A stretch of DNA of 62,527 bases, filler included, from Basidioascus undulatus (Eukaryota): assembly GCA_000826855.1 (NCBI GenBank). It is 18 parts of 18 records of this genome, joined end to end, with 100 filler letters (N's around TTAATTAATTAA, not from the genome) between each part and the next. Parts side by side here need not be neighbours in the genome. Positions count along the whole stretch, not along the records: positions 2,353 to 25,151 come from JTLS01000285.1; 17 more parts are not named here. The stretch is one strand, 5' to 3'. The position numbers and the translations under genes are program-made. Shown here in pieces: positions 10,240 through 21,920 of this stretch (position 1 is its first letter; the number at the start of each line of letters is the position of its first letter). The notes beneath the pieces are model-generated. The model was not told where the DNA came from. It saw only the letters and a program-made list of their open reading frames with translations, and did no database searches.

Positions 10240-13032
10240 TTAAGCGGCGACGTTGGCGAGCGACCTGGTAGGACCGCGAGATCAGCACAAGGACCACAGC
10301 GAGCTGGCGAGAAAGGACTCACTTGACCTCCCGGATGATGGACTGAGGGTCGAGACCCTGGTGGAAGATCTCTGCAAATCAAGAACGAAACACCGATTAG
10401 CAGAGCTCGGGGGTGGACGCATCGTACTGGACACTTACGCTCGCCGAGACCTCCACAACCCTCCTTGGTGGTGCCCATGTACTTGTAAAGCGGCGTCAGG
10501 CGGCGCTCGAGCAGCCAAGTACCCATCTGGAATGAAAGGTCGTGGCACGAGCGTGGAATGAGCAGGCAGTGTGAATGCGCCAATGAAAGGTTCCCAACGC
10601 ACCTTGGAGCCGAGACCCGTCTTCTGCGAAATCGACTCGACGACGAGAACAAACTTGGTGTTGCCGTAGTCCTGGATGGCCTTCTCGTCGACGATGTTGA
10701 GGGTGGACTTGTTGATGAGGCCGACGTCGTGGCCTTCCTTGCGCAGGCGCTCAACGGCGTCAAGCGAGCGGTAGAGCATGTCGCCTGGTCGGAGTCGTTA
10801 GGTTTAGTAAGCAATCACGAATGCTGTAAAAGCCGTAAAAGATAGGTTCGTACCGTAGGCGACGACATAGCCGTCCTTGCCCTTGCGCACGTACTCGTCG
10901 ACGCCGGGCACGAACTTGTAGTCGCCGCCGTAGAGCTTCTCGTCCTTGCTGCCCTCCTTGAGGACCCAGGGGACCTTCGAGCGCGTGCTGAAGACGAAGC
11001 GGAGGCCGCGGTCGTTGAACACGGACTTGATGACGGCAGTCATCTGCGCGGGGTCGGCCGGGAAGTAGAGGCGCGTCTCGTGCCCGTCGAGGAGGCCGTT
11101 GTCCGCGAAGAAGTGGTTCAGACCTGTCAGGAGCGTTTTCACTGTGAGTATGTGTAGACCATCAGAAAACGGAGCAACGCACCGAAGTGGCAAGTGTTGT
11201 CGGCCATCTCGTCGACGCCCGAGTGCGAGAAGTGGCAGAGGACGTTGCAGAAGTTGAGACGCGCCATGGTAATTTCGGACACGCACATCTCGAGGAAGGC
11301 GGAGAAGGTGGAAAAGATGCCTGGCAGCAAAAGGCAGTAATTTCAGAGTTTTGCCATGTACGAAAGCGGAGGAGGTAGACGAGACGCACCCTGCTTCTTG
11401 CCCTCGTGGCCGAACCCGAACCCAGCGGCCGCAGAGAAGTTGCCGCGCTCCATGACACCGCTGGGGATGAAGACCTCCGGGTGCTTCTGGTGGATGCCCT
11501 TGAGACCGGTCGAGCCCTCGAGGTCCGAGTCGATGACCATGACGTTCTGGGCGGCCTCCTCCTTGCTCATGTCGTCGAGCACGAGGTTCACCGCTTCGCC
11601 GAACTGGACGCGGTTCGCGCCCTTGTCGGTGGTCGAGCCCTCGTAGAGGTAGGCGATGGAGTTGGGCTTGATCTGACTGTAAAAGTCGAGCACGGACTGC
11701 GGGTAGTTGCGGTTCTTGAGGTACTTGACCGCCTTGTCGACGGGGACGACTGTGAATGCGCGTTCAAGTTGTTAGCCAGAAGAACAATTAGAAGTGCCAC
11801 TGCGTCGCACCATCGTGACCGTGAGGGGAGCCCTCGAGACCGTCAATACCGGGGCACATGACACGCTTGACGATCACTGCAGGGGAGAGCTGATTAAGAA
11901 CACAGCGACATGGTAGTCATTCTGGAGCAACGCTTGCTCACCGGCAGAGGGACCGTTGTAGTTGACGAGCTTGCAGACGGCGGGATAGAGCTTGTCGAGG
12001 TCCTCGCCCTCGGTACTGAAGACCTTCAGGCCGTGGCCCTCGAGCGTCTTGGCGATGTCGTAGCCCTTGAGGTACTCCGAGGGGTGGCCTTCCATCCCAG
12101 AACCGCATCAATGAGAGAGTTGAGAGCTCAAAGCGGTGCAGTGAAGACTTGCCAGCAATCGTAACGTCGTTGTCGTCAATCAGGAGCTTCACGTTGAGGG
12201 TTTGAGCCTGTGGGCAGAACAGGTCAGTGCGAGATGAACAACGCGTGAATAGAGAAATGCCAGACTCACCACAGCGAGCCTTGCCGCCTCCGCGTCGTCG
12301 CCCTCTTGCTGGGACCCGTCCGATCCAAGAATGAAGACGGTCTTGTCGCGGTTTGCCAACGCCACACCGTTCACCTGTATTGCTAATGATTCAGTTAAGC
12401 ACTTCAAAAAAGACTGAATATGAGTGCACAAGCGGCCACATGTGCCCAAGACGACTGAGAAATAAGGCCACTGCATGAGCAAATGCAGAAGAACAGCCTG
12501 TAGGCAGGAGACTCACCCGCTGGAGAACTCAATGCCGGGCGTGAGGCCAAGCTCGGGGTGACCGGGAAGCTTGGAGTGCGCCTCGCGGTAGTTGAGAAGG
12601 TGTTCGGCGGGAAGGTGGCCCTTGATCGCGGACAGGAGGTACTGCGTCGCCACGCGGTGCCCGGCCTCGTCGAATAGGGTGGGGATGTACTTTTCCGGGT
12701 TCGCGTTGATGAAGCCCAGCAGGATGCAGACTTCCGGCGCCGTGTCGTAAGGACCGCCTGTATTGCCACACCATTCAGTATGAGAGTCAAAGCGAGCGGA
12801 ATTGCATCCCGGAAGGAGGGTGGGAGGTCAGGGGAGAAGAAGACGAACCAGTATGTCCGGACACGCCCCGAGCCGCACCGGTCGCCGTGAAGGCAACGAT
12901 CGCGTCGCGGAAGATTTGGATGTTGTGGAGGAGATCAGCTCGCTGCTCGGGTGTGAGCTTGGGGTTGGACGGGTCGAGCTGGAGCTTCTTGAAATTGGAG
13001 AGGTCGACGGGGAACTTGGCATCGACGGGCAT
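10240..13032 (-). CDS. Transketolase-like thiamine-diphosphate-dependent enzyme (divergent single-chain family)
   Basis: Exons give GVSGHTGGPYDTAPE, FDEAGHRVATQY, YREAHSKLPGHPELG, FSSGRLGHMWP, the ThDP motif GSDGSQQEG...DDN, IDSDLEGSTG, SGVMERGNFSAAAGF, FSTFSAF, HSGVDEMADNTCH, FPADPAQM and a C-terminal domain ending GLDPQSIIREVK|SLANVAA-stop. Confidence 0.88.
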
Positions 13033-14758
13033 GATAGAATGCGTTCAGAGGCGGAAGTTGAGTTGGGTGTCAGAAGAGAGAGTTCAAATGCTGAACGGCG
13101 AATGCGGAAGATGATGGAGAGAAAAGAGGAGAGCTGGAGGAGGTTCGTGGAAAGGCAAGTTGTGGAGGTGGAATGTCTGAGATGACGCTGAACGATCAGT
13201 TGGGAGCAACAGCCCGGCGAGATGAATGAGGCGAGGTTCTTCACGGGCTCGCGTTGCCTGCCCTCCAAACCTTCGACTGCCGCGTACTTCTGTCGCAAAA
13301 GCAGTGGACCAAATAGTTCAATACTTTTACATTCGAGTCTTCTTGGGCGTCTTCATGATTTTCTACTGCAGATGGGTTCACAGCCGATGAAAACGGCCTG
13401 CGTTGACCTGCGAACCGCCTATCGCAAGTGACGTCAATTATCTCATCGTTTTGAGGCCCGCCCATGGGCAGAGAAGCAACCCACTCCGCCACGCTCGGAT
13501 GAGTGACTTGACGCAAAAGGGAGAAGAAGGACGTATGCTGCTTGAGACACATTCACCGATGGGCGTGAATGTCGTTGCCAGCGTGGTGTGTGTGTGTGCA
13601 TGTGTGACTTGTTGGCAGTTGAAACGGGCCAGACCGCCGCAAGCTGGCCCGAACTGCTGGCTTTCCTGGTGGATGGTAGCCTCTCTTTTTCAGCGCTTTC
13701 ATGTGATATTCTCCAACACACTCATCTCAGGGCTCAGAATGTCGGCTGTGTGCATCTGGGTAGAGCTCACTGGCAGAGCCGAACATCGCTGCCAACTGCT
13801 GCCTTTCGCAGTCGAGTCCAAGGACCCGGAACAGGCACTTCGTCACGCTCGTCTCTCTTCTTGGAATGTTTTGTGCAGAGTACTCATCTACCCGTCTCAG
13901 GTGGACGTCGGAAGTGGTGAGATGCACCTCCGAGCCCGCTAATATGCCGCCTCACACCTTCGGTCCCATCGTACCTCAAGCAAATTTGAATGACTCTGGG
14001 CACCGCAGCAGCGGTGCGCTATGTCTACAATTTCAGAAGCTTGGGCTTGGACAGCAATCAATCCTCGTAGTCTGTGGACCCATAGATCGACGCAGAGCCT
14101 GCGAAACCAGTTGATTGAAACCCTCGGGCCGCCCGCTGCAACGGCCACCCCCAGTGCTATTTTCTGTCTGAAACCCTTCTTCCCCGTGAGCAGCTTATTG
14201 CCAGTGACTTCAATGCACTCCTATCAGTCGGGAACTGAAAGAACAGTTGGCGCGGTCAAAATGGTCGCCTCACTTACGCCGCCGCCGTCGGGGCCCCCTG
14301 CAGTTCATTTGCAAAGGTGGAAGCCGGTCCGGTCCACGCGCGCATTATTTGGGCAAGTGAGAGGGGTAGTTCAGAAAAGTCACACCGAAGTTACTGAGAA
14401 GGGTCTGTACTAGTTCTCACCACGGGAGGCTTCCACTGCGAGATGGATGAAGCATTGTGCCGCGGTGCAGCAACCCAACGTTCTTGTGCGACAGCCGGAC
14501 AGCGCCAGATAAATTGATTGGCAAATTTGAGCGCCGTAACGTGAGGCTATGAGTGGGAGGGTATGGCAGCAGCTGCGGATCATCGCCTGCTGACCTGCAA
14601 GACCTGTCCCAACGCACACATCCAAAGCGCGAATCACTGCGTATTCAGACATATGCGACACGTACGTTCGAAAGACAGAGCATTGTGTTGCAGAAAAAAC
14701 AAACATGGAAGCGAAAGATACACAAGACCGATCCACCATCCCCGTTCCGTCCAGACGC

Positions 14759-15883
14759 TCATGCAGCCATCGCCTTGCGCCTGCCGACTTGCGCCTGTTG
14801 GTTCGCAAAAGCAAGGGGTCAGTCTCCCGCACCGATGCGAAAAGAGGAGGAAGAAGGGAGGGGGAGAGGGAGGGAGGACGCACCTGGAAACCGGACTTGA
14901 TGGCGGAGACGGAGCGGCGGGGGGAGAGAGAAAGAAGGGGAAAGTGGGGGAGAAGACGCACCATGTACGTCCCGAAGACGACGCGGGCGAAGAAGAAGGC
15001 TGCGAAGAGCGCGAGGCCGTTGTAGATGTGCAGCGGCGTGTCTTGCAGGGCGGGGACGTGGTCCTGCGGAAGTCAACAGCGTTAGACTTGCGATCATGGT
15101 ATATCCATCCCGAGTCCGAAGCGGACGGGAGAATGGGAAAGAACGCACCATGAACCAGTGGAAGTTAAGGAAGATCGTCGAAGTCTGCTCTCCCCACACA
15201 CAATCAACGTCCGCACCTCCTCCCCATTTCTCACCACCCTCACGAACCTCCCAAGCCATCACGCTCGGCCCGAAGCCCATGAGGAAGGGGCGGTACGAGT
15301 TCCAGAAGATGAACGCGCTCGACGCGCCGTGGAGGACGAACTGCGCGCCAGCGACCCGGCCGGTCGTTGCCGTGTCCCAGATGAAGCTGCGCCAGGAGAA
15401 AAAGGATGAAGGGGAGAAGGGGAAGGAGTGAGTTGGGGGGTATGAGGGTGCGCAGGGAGGGAAAGCAGACCTCACTAGCTGGTGTTCGCATGACCCCCCA
15501 ACGACGCCGACACAGGTTCTCCCGCCAAGTGAGTGTCTATGGCAACTAAAGAGAAGCAGGAGAAAGACGCACCCAAGGCTCACAGCATTAACCTGCCCCA
15601 TCGCCCAATCATACCCAAACACATCGCTCCGTCCCAGGGCGCCATACACCGCAAAGTACGCCGCGGCGGGTACGGCAATCGCGCAGTGCGCGGTGCTGCA
15701 GACGTGGCACGCCCAGTTTGCGCGCTGGTGCTTCGTGAGCGGCGCGGTAGACGCGGAGGGCGTGAAGAGGCGCGGGGAGAGGAGCTGGAGGGTGGTGAAG
15801 AAGAGGAGGGAGGAGAGGACCGTGGGGAGGTGCGCGGGGAGATAGGCCGGCAGGAAGGTGGAGAGCGCGTGCAGGGGGGACAT
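14759..15883 (-). CDS. TLC (TRAM/LAG1/CLN8) domain membrane protein, TMEM56/TLCD4-like
   Basis: W..HVCSTAH, FGYD, GFFIWD, FVLHG, RPFLMGFGPSVMAWE|TSTIFLNFHWFM|D and YNGLALFAAFFFARVVFG. The 3' structure is uncertain: the expected last LN..WF helix was not found. Confidence 0.8.
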
Positions 15884-16686
15884 CCTGGCAATGCCCTGGT
15901 CTATAAAGGATGGAAGGGGAGATGGTGGTTGGGGGAAACGGGAGATGGATGACCTGCGCAGCGAGCAGAACACTGCGTCGTCTGCGGGAGTCAAGACCGG
16001 AAGCTTGAGCTCAGCCTGTCCAACTCCCGGCGGCCGAACCACGTGGGGAACCGATTCACCGGCGGGCCGCAGAGCTGCAGTTTCACACTGCACTGCACAA
16101 CGATAAAAGCGAGACGACAAGGCGAAGACAATTTTTCCACCTCTTCATTATGAAGTGGACGAAAGCTGAGGGATCATGGACGCCGGGAAGGCTGTAAAGC
16201 CTAAGCTAAGCGGTGCAAGATGCAAGACTTCCCTTTCTTTCTTTCAGAGCGTCATACACTTGGCTGAAAGCTTCATAAAATAGTTCAGAGACAAATATTC
16301 TCACCCTTTCCCCGCCCCGGAAAGCAGGACTCAAGGTAACCACAAGACGACTGTCGAGGATGCTATGCATGGAGACAGGGAGAATAGTTGAGGCATACAG
16401 TCTGTTCTGGGCCGTGGGGACAGCTCATATAGAATTTCAACAATATCCAACCTTAAAATTTTCAGGAGGATAACTAAGCCATAGCGGTACGACGAAGAAG
16501 CGGATAGCAGCATCCCGGGCGTAAGCGTTCGCGCTCCGGGTACGGGCTCGTGGTAGGAAGAACTGACTGCTCGAAGACCACGCATCAGCACTTTTTCAAA
16601 AGATGATTTCTCTTATGTTTGTGAAGGCATTCACGAGATGGATAACAAGCCGAAGCAGTGCAGAGCCGCGGTCGGGTCCCCAGGCT

Positions 16687-17262
16687 TTAATCCTCTTTGC
16701 TCTTGCACTGCTGCGCGCGGTCCTCGGTATTGCCTAATGCCAGCGAATCAGCATCTTCCACTGGAAAGCCGGTGCTGGTGAGGTGAAACATACCCAAAGT
16801 CTCAGTCGGGAGCTTCCTGATGTGCTCGTACTTCGGCGGAGGGTCGTACAACAGAGAGGGCAGGTCCGCCAGAGCAGCACCTGCCAATGGACTTTAACCC
16901 GCCATTAGCAGTAATCCTGCCCTCCCCCCACTGAGAAGCGAGAAAGCCCAATGCACAACACCTATCCGCAGTTCGTGGCACAGCTCCCGCTCAAACGCGG
17001 GCGGGATGAACCGCGCGTTGTACATCATCTGGCAGTACTCCTTCCACTTCCTAACGTGAGCCTTGTGAAAGACTAATCAGTCGGTGTGGGACTGGAAGCG
17101 CTCCTCGTCCTCCCGCGTTCAGCATGACGGCTCGTACATCAGGTGGACTGGGTTGGAGAGGTAGGTGCGGCTGGGTTGGGAAGGGATAGTAGCAGGGAGT
17201 CTGAAGGGGGAGGAGGCAGTGTCACCGCAAGGATTCTTTTGGGAGGAGGTGGTGAAGCCCAT
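16687..17262 (-). pseudogene. Three-exon orphan gene copy 1 with two in-frame TGA codons
   Basis: ATG at 17262 (MGFTTSS...). In-frame TGA at 17119-17121 and 17077-17079. GT-AG introns at 16881-16961 and 16734-16793 keep the frame through to TAA at 16687. Confidence 0.55.
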
Positions 17263-17795
17263 GATGGTCGGTGAATAGAGAGGAAGAAAGAGGGCGGCCC
17301 GTTGGGAAAGCGCAGCTGCGTCAGACTTGCGGAAGGAAATGGACGCGGGCCTTTAAATGATGCTTCATGTTCGCTGCAGAACTTTTATCCAGTTTCTTTC
17401 GAAATCCGCTTCATATTGTACAAACCCATGCATCGAGTCGCTAAGTGTTGCTGCGCAACCGTGCAGATCAGGCGCAGGCTTCTGCGCATTCCATTTGGCC
17501 CAGAACCACTCGTATAACTGCCCCTTGGGTGTTCTTGTGTGGAGGGCGATTTGCAACACCCATTTTTTCCTGAGGACTAAAAGCTCTGCCTGTAAGCAAG
17601 CAGCTGCAATAAGTGTGTGCCAGCTGCGTCCCAGGCGGAAGCGTTCGTGTGGCGGGCTTGCGGTAGGAGAACCTGACTGCTTGAAGAAGGCGTGCGCACG
17701 AGGTGTCAGAAACTGTGGGATGAAGTACCCCTTGAATCAATGAAATTACTTGTAAGATGAAGAGCGAGCATAAGCAGTGTCAAGCCGCGGTCGGG

Positions 17796-18693
17796 TCAAG
17801 ACGTCAATCCACTTAGCTCTTGCGCTGCCGCGCGGTCCTCAGTCTCGCCTGGGATAACTTCAAGGTCCACTATATCCTCAGACTTCCTGAGTTGCCCAAA
17901 TGGAGTCACGAGATTCTCTCCAACACCAGCAAGGCTGACTCTACGCAACCACAGGGCGGTAAGAGGCTGCGAATGAAGGCGCGGACGAGGACGGGGTGAA
18001 AGACAAGCTAGAGGAGGGTTGGGGTGAAGGACGAAGGGAACTTTGTGGGACAGCAAGGTGCCCCACTAAAGATGTAAGCAGATGATTAAGAATGCTGATG
18101 GATGGAATAAGAGAACGATGAGGCAGCGGGAAAGGCCGGGCACTGCCAAATCACAGCCCGAAGACTGAGGACTGCATAATTCGCTGGTAGACAGTTCAAG
18201 CACATTAGTTGGGTGTCCTCAAAACAGCTTGAGTGTCTTGAGAATTTGAGGGTCAAACCGGACAATGCCGGCGTTTGACAGCGGCCTGAGGGTTTCGAAA
18301 GGGGCAGGGCATGAGGTCCGGCGCACAAGACGTTCGTGGAGGTGGGGAAGGGCGAAGGGGGTGCTGGGGAACGATACGGGCTGTCAACATGTCCATCACG
18401 GGTCTGCGGGGTACCGAGGCAGGATTGCGGGGCGAGGGCAATGATGGTCTGAGGCCATCCGAACTGGCGAAGCCCAACGATGCGTGCTGCCTGCCAGCGT
18501 AGTCCAAGCGCGGGGTTCTCCAATCAGGTCAGGATAGACTACTTGATGCTTTCGAATGACGGCAGAGGCGCTGCATAGCTTAGTGACGAACAGAGCGCCC
18601 AGGTGCGCGTGGGTATGTACGGGGTGGTAACAGGCACTCTGACAGGGTCGAAACGTCTTCGCAAAAATTTCCAGAGGATATGATGGCTCCCAT
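17796..18693 (-). pseudogene. Paralogous orphan gene copy 2 (frameshifted)
   Basis: ATG at 18693 (MGAIISS...). In a shifted frame DPVRVPVTTPYIPTRTW resembles copy 1 SPFRLPATIPSQPSRTY, and GQLRKSED/GETEDRAAAQ resemble EHIRKLPTE/GNTEDRAQQC. DNA similarity to copy 1 is visible at both ends. Confidence 0.5.
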
Positions 18694-20999
18694 GATGGGC
18701 GTTTATAATAGAGATACAGGAAGAGGGTGGCGCGCTCGGAGGACGCGGCTGCGTCAGACTTGCGGAAGGAAATTGACGCGGGTCTTTGAATGCTTTAGTA
18801 CAGAGCTGCTATCCAGAGTCCATTCGAAAATATCAACATAGGAATACAATGCAAACACTTGCAGCAAATCACTTAATGTCGCTGCTCAACTGTGCAGTCC
18901 AGGTGCAGGTTCCAACTTCACACTCCATGCTTGGAGCTAAAGTACCAAACCGATCACCTTATGAGCTAATTTGCTCTAGATACTGGTAATTTCTTGGAAC
19001 TGCCTTCGGTCAGGAAGCTTGGTATGTACGTGTATGAGCAAATAGCAGTGCAAGGCGGAGGGCAGCCCCTCGCACACGTTTCCTTGCAGTTGTCCTCACC
19101 AAATGAGTTAAAGCAACCGGCTCTCTGAACTCCATTACAACACGGCCTCCCATCAGAGAAAGCGCAAGACAGCCAAGGCATCTTCGCTCCCACACATGTC
19201 ACATGGGCGCAAAAGCCATTGGTCTTGCTAGCTAAGCCCGTATATGCTTCCTTCACAAAATTTCAGGATTACTTCTCGTACCCTTCAATGACACATCCCT
19301 CACAAAGGCGACGGAATTTGATCAGTGAACGGAACTTGATCAGTGGGCCCGCGCAAGCGATCGTGGGGATCTCCAGGTCCGCTGTGCGAGGGAAGGGCAG
19401 CCCCCAGCGTGCAGCGCGTGTCTATATCGGCAAGTTTGACGGTGTCAGTGGGCATTAGAGAGATAGTGCTTGTGAAGAATATCGTACTGGTGACGATGTC
19501 CTTGACCACCTCGTCCGGGATGCGGTAGCAGCGGACGGGCATCTCCGGAGTGCGGAAGAGGAGGTTGAGGGTGATGATGTAAGCCAGGCGGTGCGGCTGT
19601 ATTATGCTAAGCGCGGTTGTATGTTCGAATCCCGTCCTGCGGAGCGCCGGGATCTTGGTCGAGTTGGTGGTGCAGCGGTAAATGTAGCACTAGGAGGGGA
19701 GCAGGCCCTCGATATCTTCATGGCGCATGACGGGTGGCTGTAGGGGCGCTGCAGTGCATGGCTGACAAGGGGAGAGCCGACCGTCGTTGCCGAGGAGTGC
19801 TCGTGCGGACAAACGACATCAAACTGGCTGATGTAGGTACCCTAGTATTAAGAAAGTTGAACTAATTCTGGTAAGGCAGAACGACAGTGTCATTCAGATC
19901 ACTCAAACCAGAAACTCGGGCTTTCTGCCAAAAACTACGCAGTACAGCGGCAGACGTTGACGCCTCCTCTTCGAGCCGAAAAGCTTTCAGTCCAGAAGCA
20001 TTAGTTAGTCTCACAGACAAACCGACGTAGAATCACACCTCAGCTTCACTCCCTGCCAAACTTTTGATCTGTAAAAACATCACATACAGAAGAACTTTGA
20101 CTTCCCGAGTTCGAATACGAGTCCGAGTTGGATTGCCCAAAATCCTCTGTTAGCGCTCCGGCATTCTGTGAATGAGTGAAGAAATGGTCAAGACGAACGC
20201 TTCTGCTTTAGCGAGAATCCTGCGGAGGTTAAGGCGCTGGTTGAGGGTCACCAAGACCGAATTGGTAAGGACAATGTTTCATTAGTTCTCGAAGAGTAGA
20301 CAGATCAACCAAAAATTTACACACTGCGTGTAAACTTTGCTAGTGAGAAAGCCTGGTGAAGTGAAGTTTACCTGTCAGGCTGCGGTGCGTGGATTGGGCC
20401 AAGGTCTAGCCTTGACTAACGGAAAGCAATGTAGACTGCATTATTCTTCCCCGAGATGAGGTATCTAAGGGACAAGAAATATGAAGTGTAAGCATTCGAC
20501 TGTGGGCGCCTCTTTGGATACGTTTGAAAAGAGTAACTCACGCGATGACATCCCAGAGGCAAATTATAGTCGCTGCACAGGGAGGCAGTCAACGGAAACA
20601 GTTGATAATGACGGAAGGCACCGACTGAGAAGACATGTCTCCCATTGACAAGATTGCCAGCTTCGAAATAATCTGCGAACCCGACATTGAACACTACTGA
20701 GTTTGGGGATGGCGGAATACAGAAGATGATCACTCACCGACTCGCTTTTGTGGAACCCATTAAGCCCCTTACTCACTGAGATAGTAAAAGCTAAGCAAAA
20801 GTGCTAGGGACGTGCACTTCCAAGGTAGCACATACGCAAGGTTCGACACTGAAAGAGCGCGGTTTGATCTCAAGGAGCAATCGACAAGCATGAACGAAAT
20901 GCCCGACTTATCAGAACGGAGCACAAGATAATAACGGTGACAACCGCCGCTACAAGTCATGTAATAGTGGCGCCGCCGACCTGTAAATAAGAGTTTCAG

Positions 21000-21920
21000 A
21001 ATGTGGTTGGCCTAGGGGTTGATCGAGGGGCGGACCTTGTACGCCATAGTGTATCGTCCATACTGGATGAAATGCAACGCCGTGATCAGCCGTACGCTTT
21101 GCAACGTACGGGGAATTACGTACGTGTACAGAACCCACGACAAGCCTCCAATTCAGAGAAGCCTCAGCCATCATACAACGATACTGTTGGACTACGACTG
21201 TGCGGCTTACCACGTCGCTCCTCCGAAGCTAGTGAGGATGTCGCCTATACACAGGATCTGTTTTCGTCGAAAAGGTAGTATCAAATGCCTTTGATGCCTA
21301 ATATTTGAGCTGCGTACCAGCATAAATCCAACTGCGCGTGGCCCTGAAGCAGCGTTCAAGGAAGAACCCTTGCGCAATCGCCACCGTGATGCCCGACGCA
21401 ACGAGCTCTGCGGATATGGCGTAAGAACATTTGAGCATGCCTGAGCTTTCAGTGGGACCTTGAAGAGCTTACGGAAGGCTGATAAGGAAGCGCGCACAGT
21501 GAGAGGTATGCACGGACGCATGTGTGCATGATGAGCGGGGACGACGTATTGGATGCTGACCCCCATCTGATCCCAGTAATTCATGTCGCTGAGCGGCAGG
21601 ACCACCAACGGGTGAGCTTCTCAGTCCAACTGCGCTCTTCGAACAAACCAAAAGCTCTAAGCACCCATCCGAAGTGCTTCACGAAGTCGCTCTAAGGACA
21701 TTCCCAAGCATCAACACCATGTTCGCAGCCCGGCAGAGCGTGCTCATGTACTCACGTAGATCATTTCGATATTGACTGCGGCTTGCGCCATACTAAAAAC
21801 ACCCAAAGCGCTGGCATACGCCTTGTTTTTCACGGGATTTTTGGGAAAGAAACGGAAATAGTCGTAGATATGGCGCGAGAGGACCTCCATCATTCCACGC
21901 AACTGCGATCCACAGGAAGT
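21000..21920 (-). pseudogene. Degenerate basidiomycete membrane-protein gene, DUF6534-like
   Basis: IYDYFRFFPKNPVKNKAYASALGVFSMAQAAVNIEMIY resembles the Y.YF..FP.D...K..V..L N-terminal pattern of this family. The downstream frame is interrupted. Boundaries are approximate. Confidence 0.3.

Larger units (their letters stand above)
16653..18930. repeat. Diverged tandem duplication (two units of gene plus upstream region)
   Basis: AAGCAGTG...AGCCGCGGTCGGGTC occurs at 16653 and 17772. GCTGCGTCAGACTTGCGGAAGGAAAT is identical at 17315-17340 and 18748-18773, and similarity continues ~150 bp further. Confidence 0.85.

Noticed and set aside
13429..13436. TGACGTCA CRE palindrome ~400 bp upstream of the transketolase-like gene
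   Set aside because: A single 8-mer is expected by chance at this scale, and there are no conservation data.
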